From a virus, in the IMG/VR virus record IMGVR_UViG_3300050144_000106: a stretch of DNA of 64,000 bases. One strand, 5' to 3'. Positions 6,942 through 16,051 of this stretch are shown here, piece by piece. A program made the translations under genes and the position numbers. The first letter of the stretch is position 1, and each line of letters starts with the position of its first letter. A model generated the notes under the pieces. The model searched no databases. It saw only the letters and a program-made list of their open reading frames with translations, and was not told where the DNA came from.

Positions 6942-7300
6942 ACCAGCCTGTGATCCGGTGCAGCAATAAAGATTGCCGCCGCATGTTTTTTCCGAAGGTC
7001 TTATTGGCCAGAGAACTTTCTATTCCGCACCGGGATAAAAAAGCAGTTTATTACTGTGTCCACTGCAATGCGACTTCAACCACGGGGCGCATTTGGCGCC
7101 GCACTTGTACTGAGTGCGGGGGAAAAGTGGATGCGGGTAATTTGTATCCGGCAAATGGGGAGCCTATGCACTGTTTGTGTTTTAAGTGCAAGCAAAAGAT
7201 TAACCCAAGCCCGCAGCATCAAGCGGCTGAAGAAAAACCAAGCTACGGAACTATTTGTTTTCGGTGCGAAAGACCGAAAAATCTGTGCAGAAGTTGCTAA
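6938..7300 (+). CDS. Cys-rich zinc-ribbon protein (120 aa)
   Basis: Several CxxC pairs, ATGA overlap with rdgC, and a visibly AT-richer stretch. Confidence 0.6.
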   Translation: MNQPVIRCSNKDCRRMFFPKVLLARELSIPHRDKKAVYYCVHCNATSTTGRIWRRTCTECGGKVDAGNLYPANGEPMHCLCFKCKQKINPSPQHQAAEEKPSYGTICFRCERPKNLCRSC

Positions 7301-7323
7301 ATTTTTTATAAAAAAGGTTTGCC

Positions 7324-7785
7324 ATGAGAATAGCGGTTGTGAACGACGTGGAATTTAAATGCCCGCGCTATGTGGTGAGAGTGCCGAATGGTTGGCAGGT
7401 TCGCATGCCTGGCAAACAAACCGTATTCATTGGCGATGGCCGCTGGGGCGGCCCCAGTGGCTCGCATGCGCAAGCGGTCGCACTTCGCATCAGCCAAATG
7501 CCAATACTTGCTGGTGAAATTTATCTGTATGCCAGTACCGAGCGCAAAGATAAAAAAGAGCCGCTAGGTATTCCAGGTGTGTTTTTGGTTCACGCTCCTC
7601 GCCGGGGAAAGCGCGCTCCTGAAGTTCAGTTGCTGGTGGCGGTAAAAGGGCAACCCACCCGCACTATTTATGTGGGAACCCCAAGAACTTGGGAATCTCG
7701 CTTAAGTGACAAATTGGAAGTAGCGCGGGCCGTGCGAATGGAAAAGATTTTGAAGGCTGAAGTCGCGCGAAAAGACGCGCGCTAA
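7324..7785 (+). CDS. Putative DNA-binding protein with two AP2-like repeats (153 aa); paralog of 59386..59847
   Basis: Shared motifs with the paralog are PRYV.RV..GWQ...PG, ER.DK.EPLG.PGVFLV. The AP2-like call is tentative. Confidence 0.6.
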   Translation: MRIAVVNDVEFKCPRYVVRVPNGWQVRMPGKQTVFIGDGRWGGPSGSHAQAVALRISQMPILAGEIYLYASTERKDKKEPLGIPGVFLVHAPRRGKRAPEVQLLVAVKGQPTRTIYVGTPRTWESRLSDKLEVARAVRMEKILKAEVARKDAR

Positions 7786-7807
7786 ACAAACTCGACGCAC
7801 CATAACC

Positions 7808-8779
7808 ATGACCTCCCCCAAAAAACTCGCGTTAGCTCTGGCCGTGCTGGTGACTGCGGTTTGTGCTTGCATGGCTGTTGCAGCGGCGGTTGAGCGCACC
7901 ACCACAACGTTGGATGCCGTGCTTTACTCGCTGACGGCCGGCATGCTCCTGGTGGGCGCCCATGTGTTGCCGGCTATGTCTGGCCGGCGCCCGGCAGTTT
8001 GGGGCTTGTCATGCCTGTGCATGCTGACATCCCTTTACCACATGGCGCACTACTTCGGCGCAGCTGAGGAGCGTGCGGGGCATGGCCGGGCCGCCCAGGT
8101 GCGGACAGGTGGGCGCCAGCTGGCCGCCGTAGAGCAAGAGCTGAGGCAGATTAAAGCCCGCCCGCTGACCGATGTGGCGGCGGATTTGGCCAAGGAAGAA
8201 GGTGCCTTGGCTCGCGCAAGCGCCTCAGTTGATCTGTGCAAAAACAAGTGCACCACCGAAAAGGCGCGCCTAAGCCAGATAGGCGCCAAGGTTGCCGCGC
8301 TGAAGCTGGAGCTTCAGCAGGCACAGCGAGCAGCCAACTTAGCCGAGCGCATCAGCAGCATTGCCGCCACGGCCGATGGCGCCATTGCGGCTCAACAAGC
8401 CGACCCTGTTGATGTGCGCTTGGCTGCGCTCATCGGCGCGCAAACCCAAACGATTAGCTTCGTGGCCAGCCTGGTGCAAAGCGCCTTGCTCGAAGTGATC
8501 GGCATCGCAGCGTGGGCGGTGGCTCTTGGCCAGCCTGCCCCAGTGGCGAAAAGTCCAGCAGTTGAGGCGCAGGCCACCCAAAACCAGCGGGTCACTGCTG
8601 CATCTGCCCCCAGGAAAGCCAGCACCCGCATGCCAGCTGTTGTCGCAACGCAAGCACCCCAGAAAGCGAGGGCAGTCGCGCCGCTTGCCGTTGGCTGGCC
8701 TGCGCTCTTGCGCCGAGCCAGCACCTCAGTGCGAAATTTGTGGGGCCGCCCCGCAACTTTGATTACCGCGCCAATTTGA
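7808..8779 (+). CDS. Membrane protein with central coiled coil (323 aa)
   Basis: Several hydrophobic helices at the N-terminus and near residues 215-240, with a heptad-like middle. Confidence 0.6.
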   Translation: MTSPKKLALALAVLVTAVCACMAVAAAVERTTTTLDAVLYSLTAGMLLVGAHVLPAMSGRRPAVWGLSCLCMLTSLYHMAHYFGAAEERAGHGRAAQVRTGGRQLAAVEQELRQIKARPLTDVAADLAKEEGALARASASVDLCKNKCTTEKARLSQIGAKVAALKLELQQAQRAANLAERISSIAATADGAIAAQQADPVDVRLAALIGAQTQTISFVASLVQSALLEVIGIAAWAVALGQPAPVAKSPAVEAQATQNQRVTAASAPRKASTRMPAVVATQAPQKARAVAPLAVGWPALLRRASTSVRNLWGRPATLITAPI

Positions 8780-8801
8780 TGCCAATTTGAGGAATAACTT
8801 C

Positions 8802-10190
8802 ATGAACCCGGAACAGCCTCATCAAAACAAAGCAGCCATGCTTTTTGCGTCTGCAAAAAACGCCCAGCATTTAGAGGGGAATACTTATATTTTGTGCAAG
8901 CAGCCCCCTGCACCCGGTATGGCCGCCGGCTTGTATGTTGTTGGCCACGATGAAAACATCAACGAAAAAGACCCATTGTGGGTGTGCGCGCCACTGTGTG
9001 TTTTGCCTACGCCATCCCAAACCACGCGCTATTTGGAGTGGCGTGATGACTCGCGCAAAGCCATAGCTCGCATGGCGATCCCCGTTAATTATCTATCTGC
9101 GAACAACCAGTATAAGTTTGACGCAGTAATGCAAGAGTTGGCGGAGGGGGGTCTTGAAATATCAGATCGATTGGGGGCCAAGGTATTTCTATGGACGTAC
9201 ATTAGAGGGTGGAATGTGCCAATATATTCCGCTATATTGCCAACATATGAATTCTCAATTGCATCCGAGCTTGGTGATGCGTGGATCGATGAAATTGCTG
9301 ACTTTGTTGTGAAGGGTATGCCCGAAGGCATCCGAGGGTTCATGCGCGAGTGGGGATGGCGGCAGTTTGCGCGTGCCTTGCTGGATGCGTGCAAGGCACC
9401 TGGGCAATCGGGTTCTGAATTGGCCACCGATGAACTAGAAACGACCAACGAAACCCTTTTGCATGCCCTGCGCATCGCTTCGTTGGCCCTGACCCATGCT
9501 GCCGAAACAAGCCCCAACGTGACCCCAGCCTATAACAAGATTGCCCAGGTTTTGCGCTCGCATCAGCAGGTGTTGCTGTCGCAACTGCATGACGGAACCC
9601 CCACCGTGCCACCCATGACGGGCACAGGCCGCAAAAAACTGAATGAACTGATGGCTGATTGCTGGGTGGTAGATGGCTACTCTATCAGCCGCACCGTAGA
9701 CGGCGTAATCAAGCATGGGCTTGTGACGCGCTGGGGCAAGGTGCTGTGGTGGCACGGCAACGAAGAAGCCGATGCGGACAACACTGCGCCGGCCAAGGTG
9801 CAGCCAATGGCGCACCCCGACGATGCCGCCGTGGATCAATTCGCAGCCCTGCTGAAATCCAAATTGGCCAAGGCCCGCGAAAAGGGGTGCAACGGCTGGA
9901 GCGATCCGGCATGGCCTGCGGCCGAGATCAATCGCCAGTTGCATGAGCACGCAGTAAAAGGTGACCCGCTGGACGTGGCAGCTTACGCGATGTTCTTGGC
10001 GCTGCGGGGTGAGGCAACAACCGGCGCGCAGCTACACGCCGATGTACTCAAGGCCCCCTCTTTTAAGTGCAGCGCCTGTCTTGCTGTTGTGACGACTTGG
10101 TGCCCAGGAGATCACAGCGGGTGTCCAAACGATTTTCGTGCGATCCGGGCTGCCGTCCAAGTAATCAACCAAGAAGGCGGTGCAGCATGA
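8802..10190 (+). CDS. DUF927-like domain protein (462 aa), possibly replication-associated
   Basis: Start set to ATG 8802, with GAGGA 8 nt upstream. The N-terminal pattern GLYVVG...PLWVCAPLCVL...WRDDSRKAIARMAIP...L.EGGLEIS...FLWTYI recalls DUF927 N-domains of phage/plasmid primase-helicases (from memory). Confidence 0.55.
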   Translation: MNPEQPHQNKAAMLFASAKNAQHLEGNTYILCKQPPAPGMAAGLYVVGHDENINEKDPLWVCAPLCVLPTPSQTTRYLEWRDDSRKAIARMAIPVNYLSANNQYKFDAVMQELAEGGLEISDRLGAKVFLWTYIRGWNVPIYSAILPTYEFSIASELGDAWIDEIADFVVKGMPEGIRGFMREWGWRQFARALLDACKAPGQSGSELATDELETTNETLLHALRIASLALTHAAETSPNVTPAYNKIAQVLRSHQQVLLSQLHDGTPTVPPMTGTGRKKLNELMADCWVVDGYSISRTVDGVIKHGLVTRWGKVLWWHGNEEADADNTAPAKVQPMAHPDDAAVDQFAALLKSKLAKAREKGCNGWSDPAWPAAEINRQLHEHAVKGDPLDVAAYAMFLALRGEATTGAQLHADVLKAPSFKCSACLAVVTTWCPGDHSGCPNDFRAIRAAVQVINQEGGAA

Positions 10191-10390
10191 CCGGCCTGAG
10201 GCACTTTGATGAGTCAACCTGTCTCGGTGATATTGACGCAGAGGCATGGCGGCGCATCCTCGAATTGCGGGGCGGCTGCGCGTGTCATGTGTCCCCGCCA
10301 TGCCAAAACTGCTTCACACCTCTCACCGAGGATGAACTCAACGGTGAAGGCTACACCCTGGAAAAACCAGCCAAAGGAGATACGGCATGA
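10187..10390 (+). CDS. Hypothetical small Cys-containing protein (67 aa)
   Basis: ATGA overlap at 10187-10190. In-frame part of track ORF 10067..10390. Confidence 0.45.
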   Translation: MTGLRHFDESTCLGDIDAEAWRRILELRGGCACHVSPPCQNCFTPLTEDELNGEGYTLEKPAKGDTA

Positions 10391-10662
10391 GCACAAAACC
10401 CTTGCTGTGGTGCATTCACATCCCTGGCCCAGATGACTTGATTGCTGCCCCGTCAAAGGCGGCAGCAGAGCACATGGCCGCAAATCACAACGCGGCTATG
10501 AACAGCTATTACGACAACCACGACCTCGGTGCATACGCACCCTCGCGCGAATCCGTGCTGGCTGTTGTGATTGAGTGGCCGGGCGGCAGCGAAGAAGAGC
10601 ATGCCGAGGCGCTGAAGAAATTTGACGCGGACGAATGGGGTTGGGTGGAGAGCGCAGCATGA
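10387..10662 (+). CDS. Hypothetical protein (91 aa)
   Basis: ATGA overlap with the upstream gene. Acidic. Confidence 0.5.
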   Translation: MSTKPLLWCIHIPGPDDLIAAPSKAAAEHMAANHNAAMNSYYDNHDLGAYAPSRESVLAVVIEWPGGSEEEHAEALKKFDADEWGWVESAA

Positions 10663-10952
10663 GCACAACGCACACACAGGGGCCGTGGAAGGCCTGCATC
10701 TACGGCGGATGGGATGCGCCCCGCGTTTGGTCTGCAAGCGGATCGGTAGCGCTGCTACAGCATCACGAAAGCGGGCCGGGCGAAGGCGTTGCCAATGCAC
10801 ACCTGATTGCCGCCGCGCCAGAGCTGCTGGAGTCGCTGGAAACTCTGCTTTTGCATGTGCTGCATTACGCCTCCATGCCACATGCCCATTCGGATGCCCA
10901 CAAAAACGCGGCAGCCGCCAGAGCCATCATCAAAAAGGCCAAGCAGGCATGA
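10659..10952 (+). CDS. Hypothetical protein (97 aa); tandem paralog of the next gene
   Basis: Motif GPW...ANAHLIAAAPELLESLE. ATGA coupling at both ends. Confidence 0.55.
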   Translation: MSTTHTQGPWKACIYGGWDAPRVWSASGSVALLQHHESGPGEGVANAHLIAAAPELLESLETLLLHVLHYASMPHAHSDAHKNAAAARAIIKKAKQA

Positions 10953-11290
10953 GCAAGCAAGTCGCGCACACGCCCGGCCAGTGGCATGCCGTGGGCACAT
11001 GGGTTGAAATTGAAGACGACCGAGTCCCCGATATTTGCTCTTGCGACCCAAGAACCATTGACCAAGAGGGGCGAAGCGATGCGGAAATGGCTGCCAACGC
11101 CCGGCTCATAGCCGCCGCACCCGATCTGCTGAAGGCGCTTCAGGAATTGGAGCAGGCCTACTGCCGGGCAGGTGAGCCGCTCACAAGAGCTGAGCGCAAC
11201 GAAGACCGTAAGCGCTTAATTGCGGCCCGCCAGGCCATCGCAAAAGCAACCTATGGCGCGTTGCTTGGTGCGCCGGTAGAAGACGCTTAG
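10949..11290 (+). CDS. Hypothetical protein (113 aa); tandem paralog
   Basis: Motif GQW...ANARLIAAAPDLLKALQELE. Start at ATG 10949 within track ORF 10622..11290. Confidence 0.55.
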   Translation: MSKQVAHTPGQWHAVGTWVEIEDDRVPDICSCDPRTIDQEGRSDAEMAANARLIAAAPDLLKALQELEQAYCRAGEPLTRAERNEDRKRLIAARQAIAKATYGALLGAPVEDA

Positions 11291-11299
11291 GAGGCGCCT

Positions 11300-11563
11300 G
11301 TGAATACGGGATTCCTTTTGATGGCGCAGTACGGCGCTATGGCTATTATTCCGCTGGAGCTGGTGTGCCGGGACTACTTCCCGCACCTGGATGAAAAGCA
11401 GCTTTTGCGCAAAATAAGTGCTGGGCAGATTCGGCTGCCCGTCACAAGGCTCGATCAAGCAAGCCAGAAGGGGGCTAGAGGCGTTCACCTGAGCGACTTG
11501 GCCGACTACATCGACGCCAGCTCTGCGAAAGCCCGCAAGGAGCTGGCGCAGCTGCAAGGCTAG
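11300..11563 (+). CDS. PrtN (pyocin activator) family DNA-binding protein; candidate excisionase or activator
   Basis: GTG start with GGAGG 5 nt upstream. ...IPLELVCRDYFPHL...LPV.RL.QASQKGARGVHLSDLADYIDA...A matches my memory of the PrtN family. It lies immediately upstream of int. Confidence 0.6.
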   Translation: MNTGFLLMAQYGAMAIIPLELVCRDYFPHLDEKQLLRKISAGQIRLPVTRLDQASQKGARGVHLSDLADYIDASSAKARKELAQLQG

Positions 11564-11854
11564 CCCCACGCCTTGCCTTCGATGGCGCTACGCCCGTGCT
11601 ACACGCTCAGCCCATTTGCTTTATAAGTAGCTGATTTATAAAGAAATTCTTATTTTGCGCGTCCAATCCAGCATCGGCGCCACACTTAAAAGCCAAGGGC
11701 TTGATTTGCTTGGATTTCTTTTGAAATCAATCACTTCAGAATCTGGTTTTGGTGTCATATTCACTTGCATTTAGCCAATTTTGGTGCAATTTTGGAACTG
11801 TGCTGCTACGTGCGTTGCTACAAAATTTTCTCGTAGCAACGATGGGACGTATGA
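11564..11854. other. AT-rich repeat-dense intergenic region; candidate attP or int regulatory region
   Basis: IR CTTTATAA (11619-11626) / TTATAAAG (11636-11643). Direct repeat AATTTTGG x2 around 11776-11795. Perfect 9-bp IR CGTTGCTAC (11813-11821) - 11 nt - GTAGCAACG (11833-11841), 14 bp before the int ATG. Confidence 0.35.
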
Positions 11855-12985
11855 ATGGGAACGATCACAAGGCGAACGCGCTCAGACAAGACTGCCGCGT
11901 TTACCGCACAGATTCGCATCAAACGACAAGGCAGCAAGACCTACACAGAGGCCAAAACGTTTGACCGGGAGGCCGCTGCCAGGCAGTGGCTGCGCAAACG
12001 GGAAGGCGAGCTGGCGGCGCCTGGGGCGCTTGATGGCGCAGGCGACGTGCCACTCAAAGACATCATAAAAAGATACATTGAAGAAACAAACCGAGCGTAT
12101 GGGAAAACAAAAGCTCAAGTGCTGAGATCAATCAGTGATTCTTGGCTTGGGGATATTAATGCAACCCAGTTAAAAAGCTCAGAATTTGTGAAGTTTGGGA
12201 AATATCTAGAAAAAAATGGCGCTTCCCCGTCAACTGTTTCAAACTACATGAGCCACTTGGGCGCGGTGATTTCTGTTGCAAAACCAGCGTGGAGCTACCC
12301 TGTTGAGGCTACAGAGTTAAAGTCGGCAAGCGTTGTGCTCAAACAGCTTGGCGTGACAGGGAAATCAAAAAAGCGCGAAAGAATACCGGCGGTCGATGAG
12401 CTTAGCCGGCTAATGGAGTTCTTTGAAAAATCTTACTTATCCGATAAAAGAACCATTCCAATGCACTGGGCAGTTGCTTTTTTGCTCTTTAGCACAAGAA
12501 GACTTAACGAGTGCTGTAATTTAGTTTGGGAGGATTTGAATATCAAAAACTCTGAACAAATTGTGCGCAACATGAAAAACCCAGGCAGCAAAAACGGCAA
12601 TGACGTAAGAGTTGCCGTTACCGCCCCAGCATTGCGGGTTTTAATGGCATGGCACAAGAAATGTGGAGCACCCAAAAAAGGTAAAATATTTGGGTGGAAC
12701 TCTGATTCTGTGAGCGCTAGATTCACGCGAGCGTGCAAAATCTTGGAGATTGAGGATTTGCACCTGCATGACTTGCGTCATGCCGGGATCACCAGACTTT
12801 TTGAAATTGGGCTATCCATCCCCAAGGTGGCAACGGTTACAGGGCACAGGAGTTGGCAAAGCCTTCAGCGGTACACCCACATTCGGCAATCTGGCGATGT
12901 GTGGGCCAGCTGGGAGTGGCTTGACCGACTTTGCCAGGTGCATGAACTTGTGCCGCCTCTTGATGCGGCATTGCCTCAGTCTTGA
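11855..12985 (+). CDS. int: Tyrosine recombinase / phage integrase (376 aa)
   Basis: The C-terminal catalytic region reads LHLHDLRHAGITRL...ATVTGHRSWQSLQRYTH. The gene is AT-richer than its surroundings. Confidence 0.9.
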   Translation: MGTITRRTRSDKTAAFTAQIRIKRQGSKTYTEAKTFDREAAARQWLRKREGELAAPGALDGAGDVPLKDIIKRYIEETNRAYGKTKAQVLRSISDSWLGDINATQLKSSEFVKFGKYLEKNGASPSTVSNYMSHLGAVISVAKPAWSYPVEATELKSASVVLKQLGVTGKSKKRERIPAVDELSRLMEFFEKSYLSDKRTIPMHWAVAFLLFSTRRLNECCNLVWEDLNIKNSEQIVRNMKNPGSKNGNDVRVAVTAPALRVLMAWHKKCGAPKKGKIFGWNSDSVSARFTRACKILEIEDLHLHDLRHAGITRLFEIGLSIPKVATVTGHRSWQSLQRYTHIRQSGDVWASWEWLDRLCQVHELVPPLDAALPQS

Positions 12986-13212
12986 GTGGTTACCGTGGCG
13001 GCAGCCTTTGCGGCGTAGCGCGCTCTGCGCTTTTCAGGATGCTTGTACCGCCAGTAGTCCCAGAGCTGAGTAGCAAGCCACGCTGCCGACAGCATCCCGA
13101 TAACGCCATTGATCATTCCCATTGCAGATGTAATGCCAAGCCCTGCAGAGAGCCATGACAAAAAATCCTTTGCCCAGCGCAGCAGGGCGTCGTGTTGTTC
13201 AGGAGTCTTCAT
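12976..13212 (-). CDS. Small membrane protein (78 aa), holin-like candidate
   Basis: Start set to ATG 13212 (MKTPEQ...). Hydrophobic stretch LSWLSAGLGITSAMGMINGVIGMLSAAWLATQLW followed by a basic tail. Its 3' end overlaps the int 3' end by 10 nt. Confidence 0.4.
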   Translation of the reverse strand: MKTPEQHDALLRWAKDFLSWLSAGLGITSAMGMINGVIGMLSAAWLATQLWDYWRYKHPEKRRARYAAKAAATVTTQD

Positions 13213-13294
13213 GTGTCGCGCCTTCAAAATTCCAAGCGTTGTGATGCCTCTATGCTGAGGCGTCACGGCGCCACGCGCTGCTGCGACTTACCAC

Positions 13295-14230
13295 CTACGC
13301 GCCATCAAAAGCACGCCACGCGACACGCGCAGCGCCCGCAACGCTAAACCCGACCGTTTCGGGCGCACCAATACCGTAATAATCAACAGCAACCCGCGCA
13401 TATTCTTCCATAAACTCGCTGCCGTAGTACGCTTGCGGGCCGTAACGGAAAACGTACTGTGTGCCCGTCCATTCAATTTCAAGAGTCAAAGAGCCGGGGT
13501 CAAATGCGCGCACTCCGTTAATCGTTGTTATATTGCTTGCATCTCTGCTAGATTTGGCAAACAAAATAAATTGACTGGCGCTTTTATCAATAGTAAACAG
13601 CCAAACTCTCCCGGAAGTACCAACAACATACATTCCGGTGCCATAACCCCCACTGCCGGCAAACGCATCAATACTGACTCGCCTCTTCCATGGATTAGCG
13701 TCAACAGCTTGCTCAACCCCCAGTATCTCCCATGCCCCGCGACTAATAGCCCCGGCGCCGCTCATGACCAGCGCGCCTTTGTGCTGATAAATAACATCGA
13801 GCAGCATTTGGCCGTGCACATTCCACGGCGTAGCGTTGGAAAATCGCGGCGCACCCCCGGCAGACCTATAGGACACCGTGTCTAACTCAGTTGCTTGGTG
13901 AAAATAATCAGAAAAAACACCGACACCCGGCCCGTCGTCTGGATGTGGCGCAACCTCATTGCTCCCGCCTTCCCCGCCAACTCCAAACCCGGCTGTTGCC
14001 GTTTCCCAGTCGGTCAAGTCGGTTGTTTTCAAGGACGCCAGCGCGGTCTGCAACGCCGCAACTTCAGCCGCTGTAGCGCCCCCTTCGGCGACGGCTCGCG
14101 CCAGCGTGCGCACCTGCCCGCCTTCCGTGGTCACCAAAGACCCCGCGCCCGTCGCTGGCCCGTGAATAATGGCGTGCGCAATATCTACATCGCTGGAGAA
14201 TTGCGCTATTTTGGCTGCAATGGTTGACAT
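13295..14230 (-). CDS. Putative receptor-binding / tail fibre-like protein (311 aa)
   Basis: The Ala-rich N-terminus is typical of fibre attachment regions. The Gly/aromatic-rich beta-type C-half includes an AT-richer segment. It is the last gene of the late block. Confidence 0.35.
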   Translation of the reverse strand: MSTIAAKIAQFSSDVDIAHAIIHGPATGAGSLVTTEGGQVRTLARAVAEGGATAAEVAALQTALASLKTTDLTDWETATAGFGVGGEGGSNEVAPHPDDGPGVGVFSDYFHQATELDTVSYRSAGGAPRFSNATPWNVHGQMLLDVIYQHKGALVMSGAGAISRGAWEILGVEQAVDANPWKRRVSIDAFAGSGGYGTGMYVVGTSGRVWLFTIDKSASQFILFAKSSRDASNITTINGVRAFDPGSLTLEIEWTGTQYVFRYGPQAYYGSEFMEEYARVAVDYYGIGAPETVGFSVAGAARVAWRAFDGA

Positions 14231-14292
14231 TTAAATCTCGCTTGATGTGAATATGTGCCCGCTAAATACCAATAACAGCACGCGGGCATTTA

Positions 14293-14493
14293 TTAACCGA
14301 TTGAACGCGCTAATGCGCCAATGGCGCGCACCACGTTGTTTGTGGCCTGAACCTGGGTGACGGAGAGCTTGTCGCGGGCATCCCGCACTTTGCTGAGGCG
14401 CTCCCACTCTCGGCTTTCAAAGTGAGCTTGCGCCAGGCTCATGGGCAGGCGCAAGGCAGCATCAAACGGGGTGCCAACCGCACCAAGACGCAC
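14293..14493 (-). CDS. Possible small ORF (66 aa) or +1-frame extension of the upstream gene
   Basis: The protein-like tail ...GTPFDAALRLPMSLAQAHFESREWERLSKVRDARDKLSV... is in the +1 frame relative to 14501..15235. A GTG at 14493 follows that gene's stop. Confidence 0.3.
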   Translation of the reverse strand: MRLGAVGTPFDAALRLPMSLAQAHFESREWERLSKVRDARDKLSVTQVQATNNVVRAIGALARSIG

Positions 14494-14500
14494 CGCCAGA

Positions 14501-15235
14501 TCAATCCACGAAGCCTGCCAGGCTTCTCGTAAGCTCACCGATACAGGCGGAAAACGGAAATCGCGCCGGCGGTAAGCCGGCCTCCTTATCCTTGGGCAGG
14601 CAAACCTGCCCCAAGTCGTCGAAGGCGATGCGCCAGATGTGCTCCAGTTGCCGCTTACCGTGCGTGTAAGCGACAAATAGCGCATCAAAGTCGCTGCTGG
14701 GCATGCTGAGCAAGGCCTGCTTTGTGGCGCTCAGCCACTGCGTGAACTCTGCTGGGGCGCTTTTGTGGCATGGGCGCGTTTCGCCTTGCCTGAGCAGCCG
14801 CACCGCCATGTCCGCAAGCGTCCAGTCCAGGGCGGTGTGTGCTACCGTTTGCACAAGCTCGCTCTGCGCGCCGCTCATTTGTGTGAGGCGCAGGCCAGGG
14901 GCGCCAAACTCGGCCAGGTCTACATCGTCCGGAGTGCTGCGGTCGTCGAAGTAGAGGTAATCGGTCAGCACGCCGCCGCTGTTAAGTCTGAAGTTGGCCT
15001 CACTGCCCACTGCGCTTAGGTAGTGGGCGACGGCGTAAATGCGCTCTTCCACTGTCCAGTCTTGGGGGTCAGCCACTTGCCCGGTGCTAGACACGATGAC
15101 GGATTTGAGTAGCAGCGTGCGCCCAGCTTCTTGGGTTTGTTCCGGCACGCTGGCCAGCGCAATACCCTCGCCAACACTGAGTTCGCGCATCTCAGCATTG
15201 ATGCGATCCGTGCGCAAAGGGGGGATGTGTTTCAT
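14501..15235 (-). CDS. Virion/tail-associated hypothetical protein (244 aa)
   Basis: Overlaps the tube-like gene by 4 nt. Assigned by position in the tail module only. Confidence 0.55.
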   Translation of the reverse strand: MKHIPPLRTDRINAEMRELSVGEGIALASVPEQTQEAGRTLLLKSVIVSSTGQVADPQDWTVEERIYAVAHYLSAVGSEANFRLNSGGVLTDYLYFDDRSTPDDVDLAEFGAPGLRLTQMSGAQSELVQTVAHTALDWTLADMAVRLLRQGETRPCHKSAPAEFTQWLSATKQALLSMPSSDFDALFVAYTHGKRQLEHIWRIAFDDLGQVCLPKDKEAGLPPARFPFSACIGELTRSLAGFVD

Positions 15236-16047
15236 GCCGGAGGATTTTGGTTGCTGAAGAGTGCAATGGGTCGCCCGCTGCGCATGCGCTGCCAGTCGCC
15301 GGCGTCTAGGGATGTCAGCGTGGCCAGCGTCAGCTGCACGCTCATCTCAATCGGGTTGCCTTTGGCGTCGCACGGGGGATTCAGTGGGTAACTCATGTTT
15401 TCGATCACCATCGGCGCGATGTACATCCCCCGGAACTGAAAACCCACTAGCGTGGGCGATTTGCTGGGGAAGAAGGCTTGCATCAAGCTGCCCCCCTGCT
15501 TCACCGCATTGATCGCATTGACCAGCGTCCCGTTGATTGCCATCTCTTGCGACAAATGCCACCGAGCAAGCTGGTCAACAGGCGCCTGCACTTCGCTTGC
15601 GCCGTCTGCAAAGGCCTTGAAATGCGCGGTGAGATTGATCTTCATCGGCGGCGCCCCGCTGAAAATCTGCATCGCGTTGATTTTGGTCATGCCGGAGCGC
15701 CCGGTCATGGTGGTGGCGGCGTCATTCAGCTCGCCGGCCAGGCGGCCAATGAAGTTGGCCTCATCAGCCTTTTTGCTGGCGTCATTGCCGAGATTGAACA
15801 GGGCGCTGAGCAGCGGCCCCGCCGCCCCGCTCTGCACCAAAGCAGCAAAGGCGGGCGCCTTAGATTCCGGCCCGGATTGCTCGAAGGGGCTTTGCCAGTT
15901 GGCGCTCAGCTCGATGGTGGCCTCAGAGATCGGCGCGAACACCTCCGGTTGAGAAGCGATGCGAAACCCACCCGCGTCCACCGGGTAGATGTGGCACATC
16001 AAGTGCTCGGATAGCCCCGACCACTTGCTTCCGAGCGATGCAGCCAC
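15232..16047 (-). CDS. Tail tube protein, T4 gp19-like (271 aa)
   Basis: The motif ATIELSANWQSPFEQSG ... MKINLTAHFKAF ... GNPIEMSVQLTL resembles the gp19 tube family pattern (from memory). It lies two genes downstream of the sheath-like gene, after the acidic 248-aa ORF. Confidence 0.5.
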   Translation of the reverse strand: MAASLGSKWSGLSEHLMCHIYPVDAGGFRIASQPEVFAPISEATIELSANWQSPFEQSGPESKAPAFAALVQSGAAGPLLSALFNLGNDASKKADEANFIGRLAGELNDAATTMTGRSGMTKINAMQIFSGAPPMKINLTAHFKAFADGASEVQAPVDQLARWHLSQEMAINGTLVNAINAVKQGGSLMQAFFPSKSPTLVGFQFRGMYIAPMVIENMSYPLNPPCDAKGNPIEMSVQLTLATLTSLDAGDWQRMRSGRPIALFSNQNPPA

Positions 16048-16051
16048 GGAC

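Noticed and set aside
11564-13294. tRNA or tmRNA gene fragment marking the att core near the integrase
   Set aside because: I could not find a cloverleaf-like or acceptor/T-arm-like sequence in either flank by eye. This needs tRNAscan and a comparison with the host genome.
14251-14288. Hairpin ATGtGCCCGC...GCGGGCAT between two late genes, as a terminator
   Set aside because: The loop is 19 nt and there is no U-tract on the transcribed (minus) strand. It is more likely fortuitous or a minor RNA structure.
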